Below are positions 34,351 through 48,420 of a stretch of DNA of 64,000 nt, piece after piece. Each line of letters begins with the position of its first letter. Positions within the stretch are counted from its first letter, which is position 1. The translations under genes and the position numbers were made by a program. The notes beneath the pieces were generated by a model that searched no databases, was not told where the DNA came from, and was given only the letters and a program-made list of their open reading frames with translations. Origin of the DNA: Hamiltosporidium tvaerminnensis FI-OER-3-3 (taxonomy: Eukaryota; Fungi; Microsporidia); NCBI GenBank assembly GCA_022605425.2, contig JAKIMF020000007.1, forward strand, positions 248,001-312,000, given 5' to 3'.

Positions 34351-37335
34351 TTATATTTACGATTTTACTCAAAATTTATTACTTTTAGCAAATTGTTAAT
34401 CTACAAAAAAATAACTCGAAACATTATATGAACAAAAGTTGTGAAAGCAACAAAATGATCTTGCTTTGAAAGGCAATATTAAACTATAAATATATTGAAA
34501 AATGCAAAAAAAAACAATTACATTCAAAAATCATCCTGTGAGATTTCAATTAATGATTGCACTGAAGTAATAACATGCGATTGCTAGATAAAAATGTAAA
34601 CCAGACGAATGATTAATGGTTGTTCAAACGCGATCAAATAGACTATAAAAAATATATTTATAAATACTCGATACTCGAGATTGTTGGAATAAAAAGATTA
34701 TATTAATGAGTTGAAAAAGCTAGGTTGTATGAAAAACCTCTCAAATTACAAATACAAAGTTTAAAGAGCATAAAAAACTACAATATCGAAATCACACATA
34801 ATTTTGAAAGAGATATAATTTAAATGATTGACGGTAGTCTGTATAGTTCAAACAAATATATCAGAAGATGTTAAAACAAATGTTAGTATCGTAAATAAAT
34901 TAAAAAGAAAAAATGATGGATTCTAAAGATTGAATCAAGAAACAGACGGTACATTATATTTTAATTTGGTTCTTCTAATGCTTTATTTCCTTTAATTTAA
35001 AACCATTGTATCGTTTTTTTATAGTTTTACCCAGATACTAATTCTATAAAGTGACTTTTTTAAAATTTTTTTCGTTATTTAACCTATTTATATTTTCCTT
35101 TAATTGATATACAAACATGTTCTAGGTATTAATAATTTAGCGATTCGCCTTTTCTGCTTATTTACTTTTTTTTCCAAAAATAGTTTGTACGATTAGAAAC
35201 GAGATAAATATAAAATCCGTTTAAATATAAGTGTTTTAAGCTTGAACTGCTCTTTAAAATTTTATTATATAAATTAATTTCTTTATTCAACGAATCAGGT
35301 AAAATTTTATACTTAAAACTATTTCACAAATATTGCTTATTCCTCGAATTAAATACGATATAAAAAAATTAAAAAGTTATTTTTTTGCTAATCTTTCTTT
35401 AAGGAAGATTCCAATCTATTTTTTATGTTCATATTTTAGAGATAAAAACATATTTTTTTTTTGAGGACCAAAAATTTTAATCTAAATAAAATGAATTGTA
35501 ACAAATATGAAATTGAAATCTTAAAAGATTTTAACATAAAACGCAAGAAATTTCCTTCGAAATCAGATTCAAATTAGAAATATATTTAAAAAACCTATAT
35601 TTATAAAATATTCATCAAAAAAGTAAGATATAAAGAACAGAAGTTCGCAAAATCATTAAAGAAGCAAGAGCGATTATGATGGATCAGCAAATACAAATTT
35701 CGAAGTATAAAGCTGTTTACTCATTTTGATAAAATAGCAAAGAACCAGAGAATCATCAGAAAATATGCAAATATAAATCAGAACCAAAGAACGCTTCTTC
35801 AAGATGCCCTAAGATTACCGGAATTATCGAAGGTTTAAGAGCATGATTCGTTTTGTAGTTACTAGCAACTTATTCGTACAAAAATAATCAGCTAAGATCT
35901 TAGTATATGCTTTAATTCTAAACGCATAAATATATCTTTGAATAAGTTATAGAAAATCTGAGTATACTTACAAAGTTTCTATTTGGGTACTATTGGAAAA
36001 AAAACAGGAATTATGAAAGCGCGTGAAAATCTTATCATATTTGAAGGATTGCGCGATAATCTTGCAAAAAAATGTTAGAAAAGTGATTTAAATAGACTAT
36101 TAAATAAAACTCTGCCATTTATAGATTTTTTTTATTATTGCACGAACAAGAAAGCCATATAATCAGGAAAAGTTGAGAAATGCAATTAGAATTTATTACA
36201 AGCATGTAATTTTTGAAGAATATTAAACAGAAGAACATTAATCGATTCATATAAGTGCATCGGTTTTGACTGCAATCGGAATTTGGAAGCGTAATCGAAG
36301 AAACATTTATTGAAGCATCCCAAGTTAATACATGTAAAAACACTGTTAAAATGAAAAGTATTCAATTCATGCGGAAAATTGATAAACAGCAAAGTAAAAA
36401 AAATATCTTGAAAACTCAAATATAAACATTGAGATGCCATTTTATGACGATAACCCTGGTTTTAATGCATAAGGTTTTTAATAAAATCTATATTTATACA
36501 AGATTCTTGCTTAATTTTTAAGACAATTATGTGATCATATGAAAAGAATAAGGTTGAGGGAGGATAACCACATTAAAAACCATCTGCAAGCAACGGGTGT
36601 GTATAATCGGGGAGAAAATTATTGCGCCATTGTAGTAGGACATAAGCTATACTGGAACACTAGATTAAGCTTCTATAATCACAAGTTACAACAAATTAAA
36701 AGAAACAACCGAAAAACTAATATTTGTTTCATCCTTAACACCAAAGAGTAAAGGAAGGATGGAATATGTAAGTAATTATGAAAAAAATGACAGATGTACA
36801 TCTATCTTGTTTTAAAACCAATATGTCAATGTAATGCTACTAATGAGAGATTTCGATACTAATTGAAATATAAAAATGCAAAGTGATTAGGATCTATGAT
36901 AAATATATAAGAAAGTTGTTGATAGAAGAGAAAATAATATCTTTTTAATCGAATCCTACGAAAGGAAAAAATAATTATTTAGAAATCGCTCATAGAATTA
37001 TAACTATGCTGAATCGTCTCATATTATTTAAAAGACGGATGATTAAAGGCTTTTTTTTAAATGATCCGGTATATATTTTCAATAGAAGTATTTTATATGT
37101 TAATTCTTCACCTTAATTTAATGATGATTACTTTTTTATTTTTTGCGCTTTTTCTTAGATGAATTTTGTAAAAGTAAAGAAAAATATTTATAAAAATAAA
37201 AAAAATCAGAATTCACAAGAAAATCCCATGATAAAAGATTTTGAACGAATAAATGAATTTAGATGCAGTAAAATTTATTTGAATTTTCTTTTTTTAGGAT
37301 ATATGTAAGAAAATTTATGTTTTTGTAAATAAGCA

Positions 37336-37640
37336 ATGATTGTTGTAAGAGGTGGGGCATTTACTAATATTTTTTTATGATCAATTAGGTACTATATGGA
37401 AATATTTAAGTATAATTGCAAAATCCCCTGGATAGCTAACAATTGTGTCAAATGATTACCAAGAAAGGATAAGTATCTAACCCAAATTTACTAAACATTT
37501 TTACCTCAATAAGAAGGAGCTAACTTGGTAAAGTTCTGCACAATACCAAATTTTCGATTAGACAAATGCTCTTGCATGTCATAAATTAATCTATGAACGT
37601 GGTAACCCAAAATAAAGAGACAACTATTTCAAACGTGAAG
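37336..37640 (+). pseudogene. Possible Myb-repeat pseudogene relic
   Basis: Frame-broken translation MIVVRGGAFTN..YDQL.TIWKYLSIIAKSPG...QER..PKF resembles the Myb repeat G.WT.EED.L...KYG..WS.IAK..PGR...CRER. Confidence 0.25.
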
Positions 37641-39098
37641 TATAGGTAGAATTCGTCGGTGAAAAAATGAATTATGGCGCTAAAAATATTGAAATGAAAG
37701 TAAACATTTTTACTTGAAGTTTCAAAATCTACGATAAAATAAATATATCAAAATGAAAAACAAAGAATTTCACATAAAGTTATATAAGTAGATAAATATC
37801 AAGCTCATTGATAATTTTTTTTCTTATATATTACAAAGAATTAAAAATCAAATACGCTAAGAACTTGGTTGTATTTCTATTTAATTGTAAAAATGTATTC
37901 TACAATGCAAAAAAACTTCTTTTTTTTAGGCTGTCCAGAACGTTTTCGAAATATTTAAAAATATATGCCTAAATCATAAATACATTATACAGAAGTTAGA
38001 ATGAATCGAATCAAAATATGCCTTCCATGATATAAAGATAAATATGAGTCTTAAAAATATTCTAAAGGCCGCACTGTTTAATAAAATTTGAAAATTAATT
38101 TGTTCATATAAACCTTAATATCATTATAACCAATATAAAATGCGACATATATATTGAAAACTAATTAATAGATAAAATTTCAAGCATTGTTTCATTTTTT
38201 ATTTGGTATTACTTCTAAAGATAATTTTAAAATTTCTTAAGACTGAAACCCGAATAAGTATAATTTTTGACGTGACATTTATATCTTATTTATAGATTTG
38301 GGTTACATAACCATATATAAAGACAACCAACAGTATTGGTGTGCAAAATAGCATGATCACTTATATAGAGAGATGAAATGACGCATATGCCATATCTATC
38401 GAATAAAGTAAGAAATCAATCCTTTTTCTGAGCAAAAAGTACTATATTCAAGTCCGCGTGATCAGAAGGTATAAAATGCACTCGGATTGCACGAAACTCA
38501 AAAAATAAACAAGATTCATATCTTCATTTGAAATGCCAACAGCGAAAAGAAGGTTTTAAGGTAACGAAGAAGAAGAACTAATCATAACTAATTTCATAAA
38601 ATACAACCATGAGCCAATGTTTGAATTAAAAAAATAAATTTAGCCAATAAAAGTGAAGAAAAAAATACAGTATATATGAGATCCGATGATTTTAAAAAGA
38701 GAAGTAATTATTTTTTTAGGTTTTAGAATACATTTAATCATTTTTTTTCTATAACTGTTGATTTCTTTAGAAATAAAAATTAAAAGAATTCGATCCTTTA
38801 AATCATGCTTTTGGGTTATATCCAATGGTAAAAATATTTGATTCTGGATACTTTTATTTTTAGTTCTGCAAGACTTTGGTAGATGGTGAATATAAAGAGC
38901 TGTTTTCGTACAAATATAAATACCTGGGCAAAAGTAAGGTTCGAAGTAAAATCTTTTATAAATTTTATATATGAACGAATCCCATTAGTCAAAAATTTTT
39001 GATGTTTACATATATTTTTGAATTATTTAAACACCAACTTCATAATTTATTTTTTTACTCAATTTAGTAAATATAATTTTCTATCGAATGTATATTTA

Positions 39099-40379
39099 TT
39101 AAAATAAATGTGTTCTTTTTTCTATGGGAGAAAAAATGTAATTTTCAGGGTAAAGAGTTTGCATTGAATTAAGATATCTGAGTATAAAATTTAGCTTTTC
39201 TTTTATTGAATAATTTGATTGAAAGTTTTCACATGTGCCGATACATATGATTTCAGTGATTGAAGAATTCTTTTCGTTGTAATAAAAATTAAATTCGAGC
39301 GAAGAAGGATCAAATAACGACTTTACCGCAATTTTGAGAATATTTTTATCTGATTTGGTACCTTTATTTTTATTTTTTCTAATCTTGGGTTTGATCAAAT
39401 AAATCGAAATATCTAAATTTAAAAATTTATAGGTACAAAAATATTTTGTATTTTTCGTTTTAGACTCCTTTTCTGCCTTGCTGTTAAACTGTGAAACATT
39501 TATTTCGAATAAATTCAAACGCGTTAGTATATTTAATGATACTATGTTTCTATCATATATTTTTAATGTATGATTCATGGAATGAATAAAAATAGGAGGT
39601 AAAGCACCATTTTCAAATTTTTCTAATGAAGAAAACGATCTATCTAGATAGAACATGGAAGTGAATGTATTTTTTAGCATATTTGCTATATTGAACGGGA
39701 CTGATATTTTATTTTTTTTATTTTTTGTAATTAAAATGCTATAATCGCAATCTATAGTTGTTTCATTTTGAACCAGTAAACTCAGTAAAAAATTTTTTAA
39801 AGTAAAGCTTTCAGACCATTGACCTTCGGATATTGATTTAAATATAATTATGTTATGTTTTTTACACATTAATTTTATAATACAGTTCAAATAATTTAAA
39901 AGTCTATTGAGAAAAGTAAAAACATATCTATTTTTCTTAAAATTTTCTAATATTCCAAAGTTGAGTTGTTTCTTACAGAAATATAATATGGAATCGGTTT
40001 TAATACAATACTTGTCTTTGGTATTACAATGAACATCATTTTCTATTATCTTAAATAGGAAATATGTTTTGAGTTCAAAAAACGAATCTTGGTCTTTAAT
40101 TAAATAAATAAAATGTAGAAATGTGCTTTCAAGTTGCTTTTGATACAAATAACTAAAAACCTCTAAATCACATTCATCAACAAACATCGGTATCATCTCA
40201 AGGATTAAAAAATCATATTCGAAAACATAATCCATTTCCAAGACTCTTTTTCGATATTGTCGATATACTTCCTTACATAAAATTTCATAAACTTTATCTA
40301 CGTTGTAGTTAGTCTTCTCAATAGGTTTTATAGTTGAAAATATTGTTCTCCATAAAATCAAAAGAATATATAAATTCAT
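39099..40379 (-). CDS. Lineage-specific protein with a hydrophobic N-terminus (putative secreted), paralog of 45799-47079
   Basis: Long intact ORF alignable over its full length with 45799-47079 (CKEVYRQY/CKEMYRQY, IDCDYSI, LPPIF.HSMNH/LPPIF.NSLNH). The ATG at 40379 aligns with the paralog start; the ORF track start is 40397. Confidence 0.8.
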   Translation of the reverse strand: MNLYILLILWRTIFSTIKPIEKTNYNVDKVYEILCKEVYRQYRKRVLEMDYVFEYDFLILEMIPMFVDECDLEVFSYLYQKQLESTFLHFIYLIKDQDSFFELKTYFLFKIIENDVHCNTKDKYCIKTDSILYFCKKQLNFGILENFKKNRYVFTFLNRLLNYLNCIIKLMCKKHNIIIFKSISEGQWSESFTLKNFLLSLLVQNETTIDCDYSILITKNKKNKISVPFNIANMLKNTFTSMFYLDRSFSSLEKFENGALPPIFIHSMNHTLKIYDRNIVSLNILTRLNLFEINVSQFNSKAEKESKTKNTKYFCTYKFLNLDISIYLIKPKIRKNKNKGTKSDKNILKIAVKSLFDPSSLEFNFYYNEKNSSITEIICIGTCENFQSNYSIKEKLNFILRYLNSMQTLYPENYIFSPIEKRTHLF

Positions 40380-40959
40380 TAATCGGCTTAGAATCATTTC
40401 ATTTATATTTTATTACATTTTTATCATTAAATCCATTTTTTATCAACTAAAAAATCATTAGCAAATCGAATAGAAGTCTTTTTAGGTTCCGAATATTCTA
40501 TATAAAATGATTTTATATGGAAAGAATCGAAAGGATATTAAAAACATTTTCTTTTAACTAATAGGAGCTTTAAAGTCAATGCCAGATGATTATGATGTGT
40601 ATAGGAAAAAAATAATTAGATGTAATAGAAAGAGCCATGTGACACGAACAACCTATGCTCTTTTTAAAAATACGCAGCAACTAGGGAAAGAGGGATAAGT
40701 TGATTTTGATGACAAATATAAAATTTTTTATTTCGAATGTTAGAACTGTAGAGGGAGATTCTTTAAAACCTTCAATCCAAGCGAATAGTAGAGAACATAG
40801 TAAAGCTGTTAAAGAGGTAGACTAATCCTTAAAAAAAAAATAACGATTAACTCAATATTTAAATAATTGCAATAGATATGACATAATTAGTATCTTGATG
40901 AAGTAAACTAATTGATAAAATTTAAGTAAAATGAATTTGTAAAATCAAATGTATTTTCT

Positions 40960-43950
40960 GATTTATTTTTTAATCGCTTAATTTCCTATTGTAAATCAAC
41001 CTTTCGTTTATATTATTTTTGTTTCTCTATCTAAACTAAAGATTGTTTTGTTTTTTTTTTATTGCGTGTTTACCACTAAATTCCTGGTTACTTGCTTGTT
41101 TAAAGAGATTTTTTGTTTCATATGGAGTTCTTAATTTTCTATAAAATCATTTGACACGTTTTACGAACTCTCTTTTGCCTTTGGTTCAGACTAAACCCTT
41201 AATGTAGTTCAAAGGAAATAAATTCGACTGTCTTTTTTAGAAGTACCACTGAATTTTTAGCCTTAAATTCAAGAATAATTGAAGTGTTAGAAAGGTACAT
41301 CATATGGTATTTTGTGACAATATCATTCCCGTATCATCACATAAGAAATCATTTACACATTGCATTTATTTCTAAGAGCTAACTTATTACTAATAGATCA
41401 TCTTCTTAATTTCTTTTGTCTCAACCATTTAAAGTGAACATTAGGAAGGAATTCTTACCTCAATAGGATTTATCTTGTTTATACTTTTATCGAAAATAAT
41501 TATATCCGATCTATTATCTATTATTCTGAATCTTGGAAACAGTTTTTGTTCTGATGCCTACTTTTGTCTCTGTATATGATTTTATAGAATTTTGTGCAAT
41601 GAGTGTCTAATCATTCGTTTGAGGTGGATTTGTATCGGTTTAAAGGTTTATGTTTAGAAATATAATTAATCTATTAGTTCTTAGTATAGTCATGTTTGTG
41701 AACTTTAACACATACGGGTATCAAATGCTCTACAGTTTTCCTAGACTGGTTCAGAGTGAACAAAGACTTTATTTTCCCCATAATACATTTATATTCTGAA
41801 TTTGGAAAAACTCTGTTTTGTTGCGTGATTATTTAAATACTTTATTTTGCTAGTTTGAAAAGGCGTGCATTACTTTAAGGTTATTTTTTTCCTGCATTAT
41901 ACGATTTAAATAAAATTTTCAAGCTTCCATTTCGTTTTATAATTTTCCAAAATAGGTCTCTTCACAATTATTTTTTTCGGTGTCTTCTTTGAACTCACAT
42001 TTTAGTTTTAAGAAGTCTTTTAATTCTAGAAGATGGTTTTAATGGTATTCTTTACTATAATGGTTTCTGCTCTTCAATTTGATATCTTTACATTTTTCAA
42101 GAGAATTTAAGAGTAGTAGAAGTATGGGGTTCACCTTGCACCTTCAAACTAAAAATTTTCTTTTGTTTTTAACTATATTTGGTACGAAATGCACATTGAA
42201 CCGTAGAAAAAGATGTAATTTATTTTTTAGATAGTATTACGGGCTAGATTGTCAACTTGAGAGCGACCAATCTTTTAATTTGAAGTACTCATAGGAAATG
42301 TCTGAATGATATTACAGGTGGAATTGTTACTGTAAAAATTCTTCTTGTTTACATCTTGAGCCATAGTGTCTTTAATCTTATTATTAGCTTGCTCTATATT
42401 TTCTCAAATTTGCTACGTGTCGGATTAAAACTTCTGTTTTTCAATTTTTCCAAAGTTTATACAATTTATCTTCAGGTGAGACTATGTATTTTCGAAAAAC
42501 CGTATATTTTGTGACAAATTTCTCATTTTATATTTTTAATCTTATAGTCTAGAATTTTTTTTAACTTGAGGTATCATACTCAATGTATAATTCCAACCAA
42601 TATGGGCTTAAGAGCATCACAAAAAGAAGTGACTAGTCGTGAGGCGAATCACTTTCATGTGTATTATCAGCTTAGTGTACTTTTTATGGAGTTTCAGCTC
42701 AAAAAACGTAAGAAATTACCTAAAATATAAAAACATAAAATACCCAGGTTTTTTTGATAATTTATTTTATTCTTGATACTTCTGTCTAATTATTTTGTTC
42801 CTAATCGCCTTTAATTTTTAGTTAAACACAAGCAGAAGGATCAAATACATACCCAAATATCTGAAATTCATCCACTCGACGTTCGATATTTTATACTCTT
42901 GATTCCTTTGCTTTTAAAAAAACTCTTTGCAATAAATACACGATTCTTTAGAAAACACTATTTTTTAATAGTAAACATCAGGACCATTTTTTATTTATAA
43001 CTGTAGTTGGATCTATACACCTCACACCTGAATCAGAAGCATAGCATTCCCTTATATTGGTTCTAATATTTTCAAATACTACTGAACAGTCAAAAATGAC
43101 CCCTGTACCAACATATTTTGTTTTGACGAGTCAATATAAGAAATTATCCCCTTGGAAATATCTGATTTAGCATACTTCTCGAATTAAATTTATCTCTAGA
43201 TCTTAATATACACATTGGTACGCTTCAATTAAATGCTTTTGGGTAATTTGTAATTGCATATTTCTTTATCCAAAATATAAACATATATTATAAAAAAACG
43301 AATATTTTTGATTTCTTCACAAGAGATCATGTAATTATAGGATTTCTTCGTTTAATGCATCCCTAATTTCAGATAGAGAATCTGACCATATACTCTTTTA
43401 ATATAATGACTTTTACATAGTTTTTGCATATATCTGCTGGAAAACCCTTTTTAATTATCAAAATGCCTAGATAAGATGTTAATTTTGTAAAAATCACAGC
43501 ATGAAGGTATCTGCAACTTTTAAGACGGAGTTTGGTTTTACTTGTAGAGAAAAATAATATTTTAAAGGTATATCAACGGCAATACAAATCAAACCATATA
43601 TATAGTTGGATTCCAAATATTTTTTTTGCCATAAAAAATTAATCTCTATGTGTTAGAAGATTCCTTTTCTGTTATATTTTAAAGAGTCTGAGTTTGTTTC
43701 AAAAAATGAAGACGTTTATGAGCTTCAATCCCAGAACTATACTATAAATGCTTTCAAACTAAAAGCCTATTTGTCAAAGAAAAATTGTGTGAAACATGGA
43801 TGATATTCCGAGTTGATTAACGAAATGAAGCTGATTGAATATTCAGTCATGATCCACTCTATTATCATATTCGGCGTTTACTCACACGTTTATTTTTCAT
43901 ATAATTATTCGCTTAAACTCGATTGAGTTGCTTTGCTTTTCATGTAAACT
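40960..43950 (-). mobile_element. Ancient, highly degenerate family A-like RT/RLE relics (possibly two fragments)
   Basis: atggtattttgtgacaatatcattcccgtatcatcacataag (~41303) matches 58111-58150. tgctacgtgtcggatt (~42411) matches the PTRS segment. QGD-like codons on the minus strand near 43150. Confidence 0.6.
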
Positions 43951-44249
43951 TATTTTTAAACGTTCTATAATCTGATTTTTTTACTTTGACCTTTAGAAGT
44001 AATTTTTTATTTCTTTTATTTTTGCGATTTTAAATTTTCTCACGTTTGCTTTATATAGTAACTAAATTTTACTATACGTTTGCTTGGTCCGCTTAATATA
44101 TTTTACTGCGAATATTTGCATATAATTTTTTTTTAGACCTTAAAAATTATCAAGCGCTATCTGAATTATACAGTTAATTTTACCATTTTTTTTGGTGAGT
44201 AATGGAAAAGTGACTTTAAGATACTAAATCTGTTAAAAATTATTTGGTA

Positions 44250-44900
44250 AGTTTCTAGCAAATAAATATATTTTCTTTGTTTATTCTTAGATTAAAAATT
44301 GTTAATGTATAATCAGAATTTTATGGTATCAATAAACATCATTCTAAAAAAGTAGAATATAGTATGTTGTTTAATGACAGCATACGTTGTATGCTTTTAA
44401 GTCCGGTTTCTAGATGTTTAAATCACCATCAATATTCTTTACTATATCCATATACTTAATTCTTTATCTATAAGATACTTAGAACCTAATAGATTGTCGA
44501 GGTAGTTCCCATCAATTCGTGATATTCGTTTGCCGGTATTTTATCGCTTGTTCTGCCTATCCGCACCACCTTAAAGACCAGCTGTATTCATAATCGATCT
44601 ACAATTTTCGAGCAAATAGACTTCAAGCTAAGATATATTTTGACGAATTGAATGGAGCTCACCCAGGAATTACAATGCCATATCAGCTAATATAGCGCAA
44701 GACTTGTCATTCCTAGCGATAAAGAGTTTCCTACGCCTTTCTCAGCTGCAAAGTCTTCTAATCCGAGCAAGAAACGCAAGAATTACATGTTTTTGCATGG
44801 CAAACACTAACAAGTTACCCATGGCTTCAAATCTAGATACTTAAAAAGCAACAAAGTTATTTTTGGAAAAAGTTTCAATGTTGATTATAGCATCTACTAT
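44250..44900 (-). mobile_element. Decayed copy of non-LTR family B
   Basis: Minus-strand ctcggattagaagactt and gggaactacctcgacaatctattaggttcta match ~22885 and ~23148. Confidence 0.5.
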
Positions 44901-45798
44901 GTATAGAAATTCTGTTGATCAACCAGAAAATGTAGTAGAATTTTCATCCTGACAAAAATTCAAATATTGATCTTCAGAATTATTTCACTTAGACGTTACT
45001 AAGAAGATGGTTTTTAATGTGTTAGATCGGGTTCACTATATAATCGACAAATTAATAAAATTTTTATTTGGAAATATCTATTTATTTTCTTCATTTGTGA
45101 TATCACAAGTCTAATTGATCTAATTTTTAATCTTTACTTTAATCTAAAATTATAAATATTGATATAATGGTAAATTCAATGTTTTGGGCCTTTTAGTACC
45201 AAAGTTCTTCTAGATGATTTGTAAATTTTAGAATTTTTTGTACTAATATTTCACAGTAAATTAATTCGATAATAGATTCATAATCACTATATTTTAAAAA
45301 TTGAGGAAGAGTCTGTTAGAAAATATGCTTCTTTATTGCACATATCTAGATTATTTTGGAATCATAAAATAGATATCGGTTACCACATGTATGATTATGT
45401 GCAAGATTAAGAATTTAATTGTTAAGGAAAAATATTGTTTTAAATATTAAAGATAACAATAAAGATGGTAATTATTTTCATTCTATAAAATTATTTTCTT
45501 GTTTCTGGCTTAGTATAATACTATAAATATCTTATTTATATTTACTTTTGAGTTCTTCTACTATTGAGTGTGACCTAGAACAAAACCCGAATTTATAATT
45601 AAATTCTTACAATGTTATACATATCGATTATAGTGATTTGTAAGCGGTATTTATTAAATATTTAGTGTATCTGTTATAAAATTCGGACCATAGAAGAACT
45701 TTTACTCCAATCATAAAATTTCTTAATCCCAAAAAAATTAATTTTGATGATAAAATATTTATTAAAATATTAAATAAATTAAAAGTGTAAGGCATTAA

Positions 45799-47079
45799 AT
45801 GAATGTATTTTTTCTATTATATTTTTACAAAGCAATTACTGCAATAGCAAAATCTACTAAACATACAAAGTATACCATTGATAATATCTATGATATTATG
45901 TGTAAAGAAATGTATCGTCAATATAAAAGTAAGGTCTTGGAGATGAATGATGTTTTAGAATATAATTTTTTGGTTTTTGAAACATTACCGGAATTCTTTG
46001 ATGTATGTGATTCAGAGATTTTCAATTATTTATATCAGAAAAAGCTCAAAAAAACATATTTCAATTTAATATGTTTACTAAAAAGTCAGGATTGTTTTCT
46101 ACAAATTAAAACCGATTTGATATTTAAAACCAAAGGTAATTTTTGTATTGTCTTCAATAGCAGAAATATAATAGGCATTCATATTGATTCGATATTATAT
46201 TTTATTAAGAGAAACTGCTATTTAAGAAAATCCGAAAGATTTAAGAGAGAAAGATATATCTATAAACTCTTGAACAGTATTGTAAACCATTTGAAAAGGA
46301 TTATAGATATAATATGTAAACAAAAGAACATAATTGTAATAAAAGCAATTTCGGAAAATCAATTGTGTCAAAGCCATGCTCTGCAAAATTTCATGTTAGG
46401 ATTGCTAGTAAATATGAAACCAAACATAGATTGTGACTATAGCATTATAATACTAAAAAAGGAAAAAACCACAATTACCAGTCCTTACAATATTGCAAAA
46501 ATGATGAGAAAAGCATTTACATCTTTATATTATTTAGACATATCATTTTCATTGCTGCAAAAATGTGAAAATAATTACTTGCCACCAATATTTACAAACT
46601 CCTTGAACCATGTATATAAAATATACATTAGAAATATAGTCTTATTCGAAATGGTTGCTCGTGCTAATCTATTTGAACTGCCAATTTCATGTTTTAAGAG
46701 TTTCCTTGAAGAAAATTCCAAGACTAAAAATATTAAATTTTCTTCTGTTTATAGAGCATTGAATTTGGCTATAACGATTACTCTAATAAAACCTTTGATC
46801 ATGCGAAAGAAAACCAAGACTACTGAACAAAATGAAAATTTCCTCAAAATTGAGATTAAATCATCATCGGAACCTGTACAAGAATTTTATATATATTTTA
46901 ACAAAAAAAAATTTTTCCCGACTAAAATTGCACGTAATGAAACATCTGAAATCAATCTACCTTATGATTCAGTAGAAGAAGAGATAAATTTTATTCTTAA
47001 ATATCTAAAGTCTAAAGAAGATGATCATTTTTTGGTAAGTTTGTTTTGTTTGCATGAAAAAGAAGTTATTCTATTCTAA
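45799..47079 (+). CDS. Lineage-specific protein with a hydrophobic N-terminus (putative secreted), paralog of 39099-40379
   Basis: Intact 426-codon ORF starting MNVFFLLYFYKAITA, with full-length similarity to the minus-strand gene. AATAAA ~35 nt downstream. Confidence 0.8.
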   Translation: MNVFFLLYFYKAITAIAKSTKHTKYTIDNIYDIMCKEMYRQYKSKVLEMNDVLEYNFLVFETLPEFFDVCDSEIFNYLYQKKLKKTYFNLICLLKSQDCFLQIKTDLIFKTKGNFCIVFNSRNIIGIHIDSILYFIKRNCYLRKSERFKRERYIYKLLNSIVNHLKRIIDIICKQKNIIVIKAISENQLCQSHALQNFMLGLLVNMKPNIDCDYSIIILKKEKTTITSPYNIAKMMRKAFTSLYYLDISFSLLQKCENNYLPPIFTNSLNHVYKIYIRNIVLFEMVARANLFELPISCFKSFLEENSKTKNIKFSSVYRALNLAITITLIKPLIMRKKTKTTEQNENFLKIEIKSSSEPVQEFYIYFNKKKFFPTKIARNETSEINLPYDSVEEEINFILKYLKSKEDDHFLVSLFCLHEKEVILF

Positions 47080-48420
47080 TTATTATCTCTTTGTTTGATT
47101 CATTTATATCCTAATAAAGTAAGTAAATTAATATATTTAAAATTTTGATTATTTATAATAAAAACTTTGTATTTCATATATAAATAAATACAATTTCTTT
47201 CGTACATGAAATTAAAAACAAAGTGTGCTCTTAATTTCGGTTCATCTTTTCATATTGATTTCGAGCAGGAAAATATTTTACTTTCTTTGCCATATTTCTT
47301 ATATCACTTTATTTTCATTTTTAAAATATGAGTCTTCGGCAATGTTCATCGTTCGTTTTCAATGCGATTACATCATCTAAAAAAATATTATTTATTTTTA
47401 CCTATTGGAAATATGTTCTCGTTATTTTATTGACACAAAAAAATATTGTCTTTCATTCGTTTCGGCGCTTTATACAATATTAATATTTCCTTTTTAACTC
47501 TATATCTCCGTTAAATAATTTTGTTTTAGTCACCTCTTTAAAACCAAAAGGATTATGTAAGATCTCTCTAAATTCATAGGTATTCGAAGTTTTTATACCT
47601 AATAATATGTATTATGATCCTAAAATTTATCAATTTTTTTCTAATAAATTATTTAATAAAGATTTATAGAGTATTTTTTTCTCAATTGATAAACGTTTAA
47701 TATATATTAATGTTTGATGACTATAACTTAACACACAAGCAAATATATTTTGCCTTCGATATTCAAATAAATCAGAAATGAATAATTTTGCTCAATAAAT
47801 TCAATTCAAATTATTCTGAAAATCTCGAGTAATATATAATATCAATATTATCACGAAATTATTTGCTTGAAAAAACCTATAAATTCTTTATTTTACATGT
47901 TTCGATTTCTTCTTTTTATAAACATTTTCGATTAAAAATATAAGAACTTACTTTTTTTTGCAGCTCAATCAATAAGCAGGTAATCTTGTGTGCCCCAAAA
48001 ACATTAAAAATGGACCTAGAGTTACAAATAATTTCATAATCTTCTATTCATAGAATTTTTCGTAAAAATTTTTATTGTCCATATAACATTCCTAAAAAGT
48101 TACATTTTTGCCAATAATTTCTTTATTAATATATTTCCAAATTCAAGAAAAAGAGGAATATGAAAAAATTAATCTTACTTCTAAAAAATATTTAGATTTA
48201 TTTTTTGGAGAAGTATCGTAAAAAAACATGGATTTGACTTTTATTGTTATGATTTCAATCACTTATTAATATAAATAAAAATTTGTAATTATTTGAGATT
48301 ATATATCTATATTTAGTAAATCATTACCAAAAATAGTAAGATAGTGATTAATTTTTAGAATATAGCAATATTTTAAATTAAATTATTTTGTTTAATTCGA
48401 AAAAATGTTAATATAGTTTA

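Noticed and set aside
35600-36751. Short ORFs, possibly TE-derived
   Set aside because: No ordered diagnostic motifs could be recovered. Only a weak match to 22620-22720.
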